A stretch of DNA of 64,000 nt, taken from contig CAYTQC010000001.1 of NCBI GenBank assembly GCA_964439735.1, positions 3,718-67,717 of the forward strand, read 5' to 3'. Below are positions 8,122 to 17,807 of this stretch, piece after piece (within the stretch, counting starts at the first letter, position 1; each line of letters starts with the position of its first letter). The stretch is from an uncultured Synergistaceae bacterium. Its GTDB lineage: Bacteria > Synergistota > Synergistia > Synergistales > Aminobacteriaceae. The notes beneath the pieces are model-generated. The model ran no database searches. It was not told where the DNA came from and saw only the letters and a program-made list of their open reading frames with translations. Both the position numbers and the translations under genes were made by a program.

Positions 8122-9441
8122 GTGAAGGGCATGTGGTACTGGGAGTGTTTTACCCCTCATCCCCCGATTGTGATCCCCGAGGTCGGAAGAGGACGGGAAC
8201 GGGAAGCTGAACAGACTATTCGGGGATTCGAGGGGCTTCGCCGGCTCACAGGGAGCAATACGCCTGATTTCATCCTTCTTCTTTCCCCCCATGCACCTTT
8301 CGGAGGCGGAATTACGTTTTCCGCCGCGGAAACGTACGCAGGAGATTTCTCTATGTTCGGGGCCCCTGTACCGAAATACAATTTCGGCGGAGCTATGGAA
8401 CGGACCCGTGGGCTTGCGGAGAAACTGTCGGAAGAATTTCCTGTTTTCCTGGAGGAAAAGCAGCACATCACCCTGGATCACGGCGCTCTCGTCCCCCTTG
8501 CCTCTCTTTTCAGCGGGAAAAAGGCGGGAAGGGTGAAGCTGGTTCTGGCAAATCCCATCGGGCTCTCCCTGGAGCAGGCCTACGGGCTCGGGCAGGCTCT
8601 TGCAGGGTTTGAAGACACCGCCTCCTGGGCTCTCGTCTCAAGCGGCGACCTGTCCCACAGAGTCTCGCCGGACGCACCGGCCGGGTATTCTCCCGCCGGG
8701 GCTCCATTTGATAAAAAGGTGACGGAAGCCTTCAAAAAGAACACCGCTCTTGAACTCCTTTCCCTTTCCCCCCGGGAAATCGAGGCCGCAGGAGAATGCG
8801 GACTGAGATCCGCTCTCATTTTTCTGGGCCTGGGAAAGGAACGCGGCACAGTGCTTCTTTCATACGAAGCCCCTTTCGGCGTCGGGTACGCGGTGGCATA
8901 CGCTTCACTGCACGCAGCACCGGACCTTGCCCGGAGCGTCATTTCCCGAGTATTTGAAAAAAACGGCGATCCCCCTGTAAAAGAAGCGGAACGATTCCTG
9001 CGCTTCCCGGAACTCAGGGAAAAATCAGCATGCTTCGTCAGCCTGAAAAAAAATGGGGACCTGCGCGGCTGCATAGGAACAATTTTTCCAAGAAGCGGAT
9101 CTCTCGCGATGGAAATTTGTGAGAACGCCATTGCGGCAGCGTTCCATGACCCGCGCTTTCCGCCTCTTTCCCGGGATGAGCTCGACACGGTGTCGATCTC
9201 GGTAGACATCCTCTCCACACCTGAACAGATAACCGGGATCGAAGAACTTAACCCTTCAAAGTACGGTGTGGTGGTTGAGAAAAACGGGGCAAGGGGAGTG
9301 CTGCTTCCGGACCTCGAGGGAGTGGAGACGGTGGAGCAGCAGCTTTCGATCGCCGCCCGCAAGGCCGGGATAACGACTCTTCAGGGAGCCCTGATTTCAA
9401 GGTTTTCCGTCCTGCGGGTCAGGGAGGCTGGGAGATCATGA
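8122..9441 (+). CDS. amrA: AmmeMemoRadiSam system protein A with fused N-terminal Memo/class III extradiol dioxygenase-like domain
   Basis: N-terminal PHPP, SPH, DHG, SGDLSH, ECG, YEAPFGVGY; C-terminal AMMECR1 motifs FVSL, LRGCIGT, DPRFPP, VLLPDL; start 8122 (GTG) or 8131 (ATG). Confidence 0.88.
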   Translation: MKGMWYWECFTPHPPIVIPEVGRGREREAEQTIRGFEGLRRLTGSNTPDFILLLSPHAPFGGGITFSAAETYAGDFSMFGAPVPKYNFGGAMERTRGLAEKLSEEFPVFLEEKQHITLDHGALVPLASLFSGKKAGRVKLVLANPIGLSLEQAYGLGQALAGFEDTASWALVSSGDLSHRVSPDAPAGYSPAGAPFDKKVTEAFKKNTALELLSLSPREIEAAGECGLRSALIFLGLGKERGTVLLSYEAPFGVGYAVAYASLHAAPDLARSVISRVFEKNGDPPVKEAERFLRFPELREKSACFVSLKKNGDLRGCIGTIFPRSGSLAMEICENAIAAAFHDPRFPPLSRDELDTVSISVDILSTPEQITGIEELNPSKYGVVVEKNGARGVLLPDLEGVETVEQQLSIAARKAGITTLQGALISRFSVLRVREAGRS

Positions 9442-10439
9442 ATTCTCCATCTCCTCACAAGGCGTCCTGGTGGTCCTTTGAAGGCGGGAATGTAAGGTGC
9501 GGCCTCTGTCCTCACGAGTGCGTGATCAGCCCCGGTGCAACAGGAAGGTGTCGTGTACGGAAACATGAGCGGACATCGGGGCTTGTTGCATTGAACTATG
9601 GCCTGGTATCTTCTGCGGCAGTGGACCCCATCGAGAAGAAGCCCCTCTACCACTGGCGACCTGGATCATCCATCCTCTCCTTCGGAAGTGTCGGGTGTTC
9701 CATGGACTGTCCCTTCTGCCAGAACTGGCAGATCGCTGAATGGATGCCTTCGGCCGACACAGCGGAAATCACAGCCGATACCCCCCTGACGCTCTGCAAA
9801 AACGCAGGGTGCACATCTGCCGCATTCACATATAACGAACCGTTCACCTGGTACGAGTTTGTGCTTGATGCCTCTCGGGTTCTCAGGGAAAACAGCATCG
9901 CCGTGGTCCTGGTCACCAACGGAATGATCTCCCCCGGCCCTTTGGCCGATATCGCTCCCCTCGTTTCAGCTGCGAACATCGATCTGAAAGCATTCACTCC
10001 CGAAGCCTACCGGAAGCTTGGAGGCAATCTCGAGGCCGTAAAAAATACGATCAGCACCATGATACACTCCGGAATACATGTAGAGATCACATTTCTCCTT
10101 GTTCCAGGCATCAACGACGAGAAAGGCACTTTTGAACAGATGACCGGATGGATGGCTGGCCTGGTTCCCCAGCCGGTCCTCCACATATCGCGGTACTTCC
10201 CGAACCGGAGATGGGAAAGACCTCCGACCGGTCTTCGCCTGATGGAAGAATTTGCGGAAATTGCCCTGGAGAAACTTCCATACGTTTATAAGGGCAATAC
10301 GGGAGAAGAAAGCCGGACAGTTTGCCGCGGCTGTGGGAAAATACTGATCAGAAGAAAAGAATACGTTATCCTTGAAAACACCATTGACCGTGAAGGCAGA
10401 TGCACTTCGTGCGGAATGAAGTCGCCCGTGATATCATGA
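9438..10439 (+). CDS. amrS: AmmeMemoRadiSam system radical SAM enzyme
   Basis: N-terminal CGLCPHEC...C, DPIEKKPLYH, CxxxCxxC (CSMDCPFCQNW), FTYNEP, VTNG; ATGA overlap with upstream gene. Confidence 0.92.
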   Translation: MNSPSPHKASWWSFEGGNVRCGLCPHECVISPGATGRCRVRKHERTSGLVALNYGLVSSAAVDPIEKKPLYHWRPGSSILSFGSVGCSMDCPFCQNWQIAEWMPSADTAEITADTPLTLCKNAGCTSAAFTYNEPFTWYEFVLDASRVLRENSIAVVLVTNGMISPGPLADIAPLVSAANIDLKAFTPEAYRKLGGNLEAVKNTISTMIHSGIHVEITFLLVPGINDEKGTFEQMTGWMAGLVPQPVLHISRYFPNRRWERPPTGLRLMEEFAEIALEKLPYVYKGNTGEESRTVCRGCGKILIRRKEYVILENTIDREGRCTSCGMKSPVIS

Positions 10440-10461
10440 AAAAGTCTGGAGTGAAAAACCG

Positions 10462-11481
10462 ATGAAGAAGTGGAACATCCCCTCATTTCTGGTCATAGCG
10501 CTGAGCCTTGCTTTATTCGCCTGGATCGTTTCCCTTCCCGCAGACTGGTGGGATGGTTTTCTGCCCCCCGGCACCGGTGAACCTCTCCCTGTCCTGATCA
10601 GAGAGGGGTTGAACGCGCGCCAGGCAGCCGAGGAGTTCGCAGTTTCCGGGGTTATAGAGCCCCGCAGGGGAGGAGAGCTGGCACGGTGGCTCGCGCGCTT
10701 CTCCATTGACCGGCGTCTCCGCCCCGGATTGTACATGATACGGAAGGGGACTCCATGGGAAACAGCACGGCAGCTTGAAAAGGCCGAACCACAGATCGAG
10801 ACGGCAATGCTCGTTCCCGGAACTGATATTTTCACATTTCCCGCGCTGTTTGCCTCCGCTCTCTCCGAAAAAGAAATGGAAGCTCTTTTCGCCAGGAAGG
10901 ATCTTTTTCCGGCTGAGCTTGCATCACTGCTTCCCGAATCGGCAGAGACCAGGATGGCCTTTCTTCTTCCGGAGACGTTTCACATTCCGGAAAAGACGGG
11001 GGAAGCCGTGATCACTGCAGCATCAAGGCTCTGGTGGGAAAAGGTCGGGAAAAAAATTCCGGTAGAAGATAAAACGAAGGAAAAACTTCTTGAAATGGCC
11101 ACCGCCGCCTCTCTTATTGAGAGAGAGGCGCTCTGGGACGATGAACGGCCGCTTATCGCCGGCGTGATAAACAACAGGAGAGACAGGAACATGCAGCTCC
11201 AGATCGATGCCACAGTGGTCTATGCGTGGAAAAAAGAGGGACGAACGGTAAACAGGGTCCTTCACAAGGATCTTGAGATCGATTCGCCTTTTAATACCTA
11301 TAAAATTTCCGGATTTCCCCCTGCGCCGATCTGCATGCCGTCGTTGAACTCATGGCTCGCAGTCATCTCGCCGGAGAAGACGGAATACCTCTACTACGTG
11401 GCGCAGAAAGACGGACGTCATCTCTTTTCGTCCACCTACAACGGACACCTGAAGAATATCAGGAAGGTGCGGGGGAAGTGA
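10462..11481 (+). CDS. mltG: Endolytic transglycosylase MltG (YceG family)
   Basis: N-terminal TM; FLLPETF, ASLIERE, LQIDATVVY, SPFNTY, YLYYV. Confidence 0.92.
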   Translation: MKKWNIPSFLVIALSLALFAWIVSLPADWWDGFLPPGTGEPLPVLIREGLNARQAAEEFAVSGVIEPRRGGELARWLARFSIDRRLRPGLYMIRKGTPWETARQLEKAEPQIETAMLVPGTDIFTFPALFASALSEKEMEALFARKDLFPAELASLLPESAETRMAFLLPETFHIPEKTGEAVITAASRLWWEKVGKKIPVEDKTKEKLLEMATAASLIEREALWDDERPLIAGVINNRRDRNMQLQIDATVVYAWKKEGRTVNRVLHKDLEIDSPFNTYKISGFPPAPICMPSLNSWLAVISPEKTEYLYYVAQKDGRHLFSSTYNGHLKNIRKVRGK

Positions 11482-11498
11482 GGCAAGAGGCAGAAAAC

Positions 11499-11846
11499 AT
11501 GGCTCCTGACATGGGAAGGCTCGTCATTTCCCTTCCGGTGGATTCAATCGTTTACTTCAGCTGGATAATATCCGAATACGACGGGCTGGGGTTCGTCAAA
11601 ACAGAGGAGATCCTGGAGAAAGGAAGAAGGATGCGGAACGAATGCCGGCACTTACAGGGCTGTGAAGAAAAGACAGGAGGAGTTGTGTCCCTTTTCTTCC
11701 CTGAAGAGAGACTGGAGGACGTGTTAGAATTACTCTCAGCCCTTAAAGCTGAAGGTATGTCGCTTTGCATTATACGGGAGGAGAGGGCCGGATCACCCTC
11801 TCCTCATAAAAATGATGAGCTGCCGGAGGAAATCATATCGATATGA
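11499..11846 (+). CDS. DUF4911-like conserved small protein
   Basis: IVYFSWIISEYDGLG resembles the DUF4911 motif; fills the gap between mltG and tldD with an ATGA overlap. Confidence 0.6.
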   Translation: MAPDMGRLVISLPVDSIVYFSWIISEYDGLGFVKTEEILEKGRRMRNECRHLQGCEEKTGGVVSLFFPEERLEDVLELLSALKAEGMSLCIIREERAGSPSPHKNDELPEEIISI

Positions 11847-13204
11847 GCATCAACGCAAAACTGGGCACCGCCCTGAAATCAGTCAAGGATGAAGGTGCTG
11901 ATTTCGCCGACTTATATTTTGAAATCTCTTCCTCCCATTCATTCATGTACGAAGAGGGAACGTTCGAGGAAATATCTTCTTCCCGGATGGAAGGAGTAGG
12001 GGCCAGGGTCGTTAGAGGAGAGGCGACCTCACACGTCCATGCCCCTGGCGTGGACATCTTCACAGGGTTGTCATGCCTCCGGAAAGCCGCGGCAAACAGC
12101 GGGCTCTCCGGGGCTTCAGTACATGCTCCTTCCCTTCGGATAATGGAAAGAGACAAAACACTTCAGACTCCTGATTTCTCTTTTTTCAGGGAGATAGATG
12201 AAAGGACCCGGAGCGGTTCAATGTGGGTTAAACAGGTTTCCATGAACCTGGACACTGCCTGCAAACGTTTCACGGTCTTCAACAGCGAAGATGTCCTGGC
12301 CGGGGACAAGAGGGAGTACACGCTTTTCAGCGTTGAAGTTGTCGTTGAAAAAGACGGAGTTATTCAGACCGGCTACGAGTCGGAAGCGCTATCAGTGGAC
12401 AGTGTCGAGTTTTTCAAAAGGATGTCTCCGATGAAAACGGCGGAAAAAGCTCTTTTCCGGGCTCTTCTCATGCTGGAGGCCCCTGAATGCCCTGCTGGGA
12501 CGATGCCGGTCCTGCTTTCAGGGGAAGCGGGGGGTACAATGGTTCATGAGGCCTGCGGGCATGGGCTTGAGGCGGATATCATCCAGAAGGACTATTCCGT
12601 CTACAGGGGGAAAATAGGCAGCCGGGTCGCCAGCCCCCTTGTAACTCTCGTGGACGACGGATCCATCCCGGATCTCCTCGGCAGCAGCCGCTGGGATGAT
12701 GAAGGCACTCCCTGCGGGCGCACCGTGCTGATAGAAAAGGGTATACTGAAAGAGTATCTTACCGACAGGACTTCGGCGAGGAAGGACGGGCTTCACCTCA
12801 CGGGAAACGGGAGAAGAAGCTCATACCGATCTGTACCCCAGCCCAGGATGACAAACACGTTTATCGAGCCGGGAACTTCCTCCCCGGAAGAAATGCTGAA
12901 AGGTATGAAGAATGGACTGCTTGTGAAAAAAATGGGAGGCGGGGAAGTGGATCCGACCTCGGGTGATTTTGTCTTCCATGTTACAGAAGGATACCTCGTT
13001 AAGGACGGCAGGGTCACTCAACCGGTCCGCGGTGCAGTCCTTACCGGGAACGGCCCTGAAACCCTCATGAACATCAGGGCTGTCGGAAATGATCTTCATT
13101 TTCTCCCGGGGATATGCGGAAAATCGGGGCAAAGCGTCCCGGTGGCGGACGGACAGCCGTCGCTTCTTCTGGGCAATATTGTTGTAGGAGGTGCCGGAGC
13201 TTGA
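11843..13204 (+). CDS. tldD: TldD/PmbA family metalloprotease, TldD type
   Basis: HEACGHGLEAD metal motif, DDEG, GNGRR, PRMTNTF, CGKSGQSVPV. Confidence 0.92.
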   Translation: MSINAKLGTALKSVKDEGADFADLYFEISSSHSFMYEEGTFEEISSSRMEGVGARVVRGEATSHVHAPGVDIFTGLSCLRKAAANSGLSGASVHAPSLRIMERDKTLQTPDFSFFREIDERTRSGSMWVKQVSMNLDTACKRFTVFNSEDVLAGDKREYTLFSVEVVVEKDGVIQTGYESEALSVDSVEFFKRMSPMKTAEKALFRALLMLEAPECPAGTMPVLLSGEAGGTMVHEACGHGLEADIIQKDYSVYRGKIGSRVASPLVTLVDDGSIPDLLGSSRWDDEGTPCGRTVLIEKGILKEYLTDRTSARKDGLHLTGNGRRSSYRSVPQPRMTNTFIEPGTSSPEEMLKGMKNGLLVKKMGGGEVDPTSGDFVFHVTEGYLVKDGRVTQPVRGAVLTGNGPETLMNIRAVGNDLHFLPGICGKSGQSVPVADGQPSLLLGNIVVGGAGA

Positions 13205-13205
13205 T

Positions 13206-15638
13206 ATGAGCATTTTCAGCAGGAAAAACCAACCCCGGGCGCGGAAGACTTCCCGAAACAGCGGCCGGGGCAGAAAAGGGGGAGGAATTCTCTCCCTTTG
13301 GATAGAAATATTTGTGTTTCTGATTCTCGCTTTTCTCGTATACGCTACAGCATCGCTCTTTTCCCTTCGGACAGGAGCGTGGGGGGAACAGATACGCTTT
13401 TCAATGCTCCGTAACTGGGGCGGTGCCAGCCTTATCCCGCTGCTTTTCGGATGCTACCTTTGCATATCCTATTTCCTGAAAACAGTGTCAAAAGGCTTTA
13501 TACGCCAGTTTTTCGGCACGTTTCTTCTTTTTCTGTGCATTGCACTTCTTTTCGGGTTGTTCCGGATGGCGGGAGTATTCCAGGGAATAGGCGTGCTGTC
13601 TCCGGGATACCTCGGGGACGGTCTTGCGATCTTCCTGACCCGAAGCACTGGTGCGCTGGGGACAATCCTCCTTGCCGCGGCACTTCTCATTCTCTCGTCA
13701 ACATTCTACGGGCTTTTTAACCCGGCTTCGGTAGTCATGAAACTCTCTGCCGTTTTCAAAGTGCTGGCGAGCGACAGGTGGAAAAAAATGCCGTACCCGG
13801 CTGAAGAGAAAAAAAGTTTCCAGGCAAAGATGGATCATCGCAATGAAGACACCGCTGCCGCAGCTCCATCTTCCTTCTCCTACGTGCAATATTCCGAGGA
13901 GGATCACGGGGCGGAGACGCCCGGAAAAACCGGAGAGGACACTCCTGAGGATTCTCCCGTCTCCCTGGAGGAGGTACCGGATCAGGAGCATACAGACCTG
14001 GCAGAACTGCTTTTGCGGCCTCCGGTGAAGAAGGGGGAAAAAAACGAAGAACCTCTCCCCGTTTTTCCGGAAGAAGTCCCGGAAGAAGTCCCTGAAAAAG
14101 TACCCCCGGAGGAGGAACAGGCAGAAGAGACCGGTGATCCCCATGCACTCCCCGAAATAGAATTCAACGAGGTGGAGGGAAGCGAACGAAAGGTGAGGGG
14201 AGCAGCCTTTCCGCCGCCCCTGGATATCTTCGGGCCGAAGCAGCAGTTCGATTCCACGGAGACCAATGAAACAGTGAAAGAACAGGCGGATTCCATCATC
14301 GCAACACTCAACGACTTTGGTGTCCTGGCTGAAATGATGGACGTAGTCATCGGACCTACCGTTATTCAGTTTCAGATCCAGCTCGCGCCGGGAATAAAGG
14401 TCAGCAAAGTGGCAGGATTAAGCAACGATCTTGCTGTGGCTTTGGCCGTTCCCTCACTGCGCATAGAGGCGCCGATCCCCGGGAAAACATACGTCGGCAT
14501 TGAAATTCCCAACCCGAAAAGAAGGGGAATATCCATACGGACTATCCTCGAATCACAAATCTTCCAGGACAACGAGTATGATCTTCCCCTTCCCATGGGA
14601 GTCAGGGTCGATTCGCGGCCCCTGGTCGTCGGACTCGAAGACCTGCCGCACCTGCTCGTGGCCGGAACGACTGGTTCAGGAAAGAGCGTATTCGTGACCA
14701 GCTGCATCACCGGCCTGTGTTCCTACCGTTCACCGGAGGAACTCAGGCTGATCCTCATCGACCCGAAAAGGGTAGAGCTGAGTATTTACGAAAACCTTCC
14801 TCATGTTCTCGCAAAACCTGTGGTTTCTCCCAAAAAAGCAGTCCAGGCACTGGCCTGGGCAGTACGTGAGATGGAGCACAGGTACGAAATATTCGCCCGA
14901 GCCAGGGTCAGGAACCTGAAGTCATATAACCAGTGTGTCCTCCCCAAGGCGCAGCTGCCTCACATCGTTATCGTGGTTGACGAACTGGCTGATCTCATGT
15001 TCACCGCACAGAAAGAAGTGGAGGACTATATCTGCCGTCTCGCCCAGATGGCACGAGCGACCGGAATTCACCTTATCCTGGCGACACAGCGCCCATCAGT
15101 GAATGTCATCACCGGACTTATCAAGGCGAATGTTCCTGCACGGGTCGCCTTTACCCTGCCCTCACAGACGGACTCAAGGACAATCATCGACGTATCCGGC
15201 GCCGAGCGGCTCCTCGGCAAGGGCGATATGCTCTTCGTCAGCTCGAGGTATCCCAGGCCGCTCAGGGTCCAGTCTCCTTTCATCGATGACTCGAAAAGCC
15301 TTGAGATCATCGCCTACCTCAGAAACGTCTTCGGAGACCCTGAATACGTGGACATTGAGGACCAGGGAACAGAGGCCCCGGCAGGCGGAGACACGTCCTT
15401 TGCCGACGATCCCCTCCTCGAAGAAGCGGTGGATATCGTCCTCGACACGGGAATCGCCTCCGCGAGCAGGCTGCAGAGACAGCTTCGGGTCGGATTCACG
15501 AGAGCGGCAAGGCTCATCGATACTATGGAACAAATGGGCATAGTCGGTCCTCCTGAAGGATCGAAACCAAGGGAAATACTTGTGGACGACGAACGGGCAC
15601 GGGACCTTTTGCGCTCAGCAGCCGGCGGAGAGGAATGA
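13206..15638 (+). CDS. ftsK: DNA translocase FtsK/SpoIIIE
   Basis: N-terminal TM helices; PHLLVAGTTGSGKS, DPKRVEL, IVVDELADLM, ATQRPS, gamma domain LQRQLRVGFTRAARLID. Confidence 0.96.
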   Translation: MSIFSRKNQPRARKTSRNSGRGRKGGGILSLWIEIFVFLILAFLVYATASLFSLRTGAWGEQIRFSMLRNWGGASLIPLLFGCYLCISYFLKTVSKGFIRQFFGTFLLFLCIALLFGLFRMAGVFQGIGVLSPGYLGDGLAIFLTRSTGALGTILLAAALLILSSTFYGLFNPASVVMKLSAVFKVLASDRWKKMPYPAEEKKSFQAKMDHRNEDTAAAAPSSFSYVQYSEEDHGAETPGKTGEDTPEDSPVSLEEVPDQEHTDLAELLLRPPVKKGEKNEEPLPVFPEEVPEEVPEKVPPEEEQAEETGDPHALPEIEFNEVEGSERKVRGAAFPPPLDIFGPKQQFDSTETNETVKEQADSIIATLNDFGVLAEMMDVVIGPTVIQFQIQLAPGIKVSKVAGLSNDLAVALAVPSLRIEAPIPGKTYVGIEIPNPKRRGISIRTILESQIFQDNEYDLPLPMGVRVDSRPLVVGLEDLPHLLVAGTTGSGKSVFVTSCITGLCSYRSPEELRLILIDPKRVELSIYENLPHVLAKPVVSPKKAVQALAWAVREMEHRYEIFARARVRNLKSYNQCVLPKAQLPHIVIVVDELADLMFTAQKEVEDYICRLAQMARATGIHLILATQRPSVNVITGLIKANVPARVAFTLPSQTDSRTIIDVSGAERLLGKGDMLFVSSRYPRPLRVQSPFIDDSKSLEIIAYLRNVFGDPEYVDIEDQGTEAPAGGDTSFADDPLLEEAVDIVLDTGIASASRLQRQLRVGFTRAARLIDTMEQMGIVGPPEGSKPREILVDDERARDLLRSAAGGEE
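14067..14102 (+). repeat. 12-bp tandem repeat (x3) in the FtsK linker (PEEV-PEEV-PEKV)
   Basis: CCGGAAGAAGTC CCGGAAGAAGTC CCTGAAAAAGTA. Confidence 0.8.
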
Positions 15639-15639
15639 C

Positions 15640-16374
15640 ATGGCTGTTCTTTCCCTCCCCGGCTTCGAGGCAGAAACACCCTTTGATATCAGGCGGCCTC
15701 CCCTGGCGATTGTCGCCGGAGGGAGGCCGCCTGCAGCTTCCTGGCTGAAAAAATTTCTCCATGGGAAAGAGCTCTGGTGTGCCGATTCCGGACTTGTCCC
15801 GTGCATTAACGCGGGCTTCTTTCCTTCAAGGGTCATCGGGGACGGGGACAGTTCACCCGGGGATATACTGAAACTGGCACAAAAAAAGGGAGCCATGATC
15901 GAAAAATATCCCCCGGACAAGGATTACACTGATCTTCAGCTGGCCCTCTTCCGGGCCGGGGAAGAGGGATATGGTTCTGTCCTGGTCTCAGGGTGCTGGG
16001 GGGGGCGCTTCGACCACCTGTGGTCTGTCGTTCACTCGGCTGTCTGGGCACATGAACGGGGAACAAGGGTCCTTGCCTTCGCGGATCATGGTGAGGTGCT
16101 TTTTCTTCTTCACGGAGGAGAGGAGTGGAGGATCAGCGTCACACGAAGAAAAGGAGCGGTTCTTTCTCTTCTTCCCCTGGCCGGTGACTGTCGTGGGGTG
16201 TCAATTTCAGGGACCCGGTGGAGTCTTGAAAATATACCGCTGCTGCAGGCTCACCCTTTTTCCGTGAGCAACCGGCTTCTGGAAAAGGAAAACCCCAGGA
16301 TCTCCGTTTCGGAAGGCATCCTGGGGGTATACTTCGGATGGGAGAAAAAGCGGGCTTTCAAACTGCCCGCTTGA
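15640..16374 (+). CDS. thiN: Thiamine diphosphokinase
   Basis: [33 protein letters not shown] motifs. Confidence 0.9.
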   Translation: MAVLSLPGFEAETPFDIRRPPLAIVAGGRPPAASWLKKFLHGKELWCADSGLVPCINAGFFPSRVIGDGDSSPGDILKLAQKKGAMIEKYPPDKDYTDLQLALFRAGEEGYGSVLVSGCWGGRFDHLWSVVHSAVWAHERGTRVLAFADHGEVLFLLHGGEEWRISVTRRKGAVLSLLPLAGDCRGVSISGTRWSLENIPLLQAHPFSVSNRLLEKENPRISVSEGILGVYFGWEKKRAFKLPA

Positions 16375-16552
16375 CTCTTCCGGCTTTGAGGCATCTTGTG
16401 CAGACCCTCATCCTGAGAGACTCGCCGCCGCCTACATCGGCTTTCACACTCCGGAGATTGACGAGCCACCGTCTGCGGGTGTGGCGGTTGGAATGGCTTA
16501 CGGCATTTCCCGTAGCAGGACCGCGTCCGCAGCATTCACACACTCTGGCCAT
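16358..16552 (-). CDS. rpmB: 50S ribosomal protein L28 (Zn-motif form)
   Basis: [29 protein letters not shown]...VCTRCLK. Confidence 0.95.
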   Translation of the reverse strand: MARVCECCGRGPATGNAVSHSNRHTRRRWLVNLRSVKADVGGGESLRMRVCTRCLKAGRVKRAV

Positions 16553-16610
16553 GATTTCGCCCCCTTGTTGCGATAATAGCAATCGAGATATATTTCAATC
16601 AAACGGAAGA

Positions 16611-16639
16611 ATTCTAGCACAGAGGGATGCAGGGAGCAA
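16611..16639 (-). promoter_or_regulatory. Sigma70-type promoter of rpmB
   Basis: TTGCTC-17nt-TAGAAT with TGn extension on the minus strand. Confidence 0.6.
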
Positions 16640-16677
16640 ATTTTTTATGTAAAATTCTTCAGGGAGGAGTGGAGATA

Positions 16678-16908
16678 ATGAAATTCAGTGAAAAAATGGA
16701 AGAAATTGAGATAATTGTAGCACGAATGGAAAAGGAAGCCCTTCCCCTTGAAGACGCACTCGCCCTTTTTGAACAGGGAGTTGCCCTTATCAGGGAGTGC
16801 CAGTCGTACCTGAAAGAAACAAAACAGCGGGTGACCCTTCTTTCGGAGCAGGAGAGGGAAGTAACCTTCACTTCCCTTCAGAACGGCGGGGAGGGGAATG
16901 ACGAATGA
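16678..16908 (+). CDS. xseB: Exodeoxyribonuclease VII small subunit
   Basis: KFSEKMEEIEIIVARME...LEDALALFEQGVALIRECQSYL. Confidence 0.92.
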   Translation: MKFSEKMEEIEIIVARMEKEALPLEDALALFEQGVALIRECQSYLKETKQRVTLLSEQEREVTFTSLQNGGEGNDE

Positions 16909-17807
16909 AAGTATCCGGTTTTGACGGCCTGTACGCTGAAGCCAGGAACTTTATCGAGGAAAGCCTGGCGGTCTTCTGTTCCTCTCCCGGAGGGGCAATT
17001 CCTCCAAGGCTGATGGAATCCATGGCATATTCGCTGAAAGCGGGAGGAAAAAGGCTCAGGCCGGTCCTCTGCATCAAGGGAGGAGAGAGTTTCGGTCTTT
17101 CAAGAGAAAAGACTCTGCCTATGGCGCTCGCCCTCGAAATGATACACACGGCATCGCTTATTCACGACGACCTCCCATCCATGGACGATGACATGCTCAG
17201 GAGGGGAAAGCCCACCAACCATGTTCTCTACGGAGAAGCGCTCGCCATATTAGCGGGAGACGCGCTTATGGGCTGGGCATTCGAATATCCGCTCTCCGCC
17301 CTTCCCGGGCTCGGGATCGACGCGGGCAGGATCTGCCGGGCGATGCAGATCCTTGCCAATGCGCTGGGACCCTCGGGGATATGCGGGGGACAGGTCCTGG
17401 ATACAGACGGGGAAAGCATTGAAGAAACGCCCGATTTTCCCTGGAAGGTAACACGACAGAAAACCGCTGTGCTGATACGGGCTTCACTGCTCACCGGCGC
17501 GGTTCTCGCAGGTGCAGACGAAAAATCTCTTGATGCGCTCGGAGAATACGGCTGGCGACTTGGAAACGCATTCCAGATAGTGGACGACATACTTGATGTC
17601 ACGTCCACTGCTGAAGAACTCGGGAAAACTCCGGGGAAGGACAAATCCCAGGAAAAGAGGACTTTTGCAGCCACATTCGGGCTGGAAAAAGCACGACAGC
17701 TTGCTGCTGAAGAGAGCAGTGCTGCTGTTCACGCCCTGGAAGGCGCGAGCGGGGATACTTCATTTTTCACCGCCCTCGCCGGTTATCTCTGTGAACGGAC
17801 AAGATGA
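16905..17807 (+). CDS. ispA: Polyprenyl (farnesyl/geranylgeranyl) diphosphate synthase
   Basis: GGKRLRP, SLIHDDLPSMDDD, RRGKPT, GQVLD, FQIVDDILD. Confidence 0.93.
   Translation: MKVSGFDGLYAEARNFIEESLAVFCSSPGGAIPPRLMESMAYSLKAGGKRLRPVLCIKGGESFGLSREKTLPMALALEMIHTASLIHDDLPSMDDDMLRRGKPTNHVLYGEALAILAGDALMGWAFEYPLSALPGLGIDAGRICRAMQILANALGPSGICGGQVLDTDGESIEETPDFPWKVTRQKTAVLIRASLLTGAVLAGADEKSLDALGEYGWRLGNAFQIVDDILDVTSTAEELGKTPGKDKSQEKRTFAATFGLEKARQLAAEESSAAVHALEGASGDTSFFTALAGYLCERTR

Noticed and set aside
14067-14102. Tandem repeat as a CRISPR or contingency locus
   Set aside because: In-frame 12-bp linker repeat with no spacers and no cas genes
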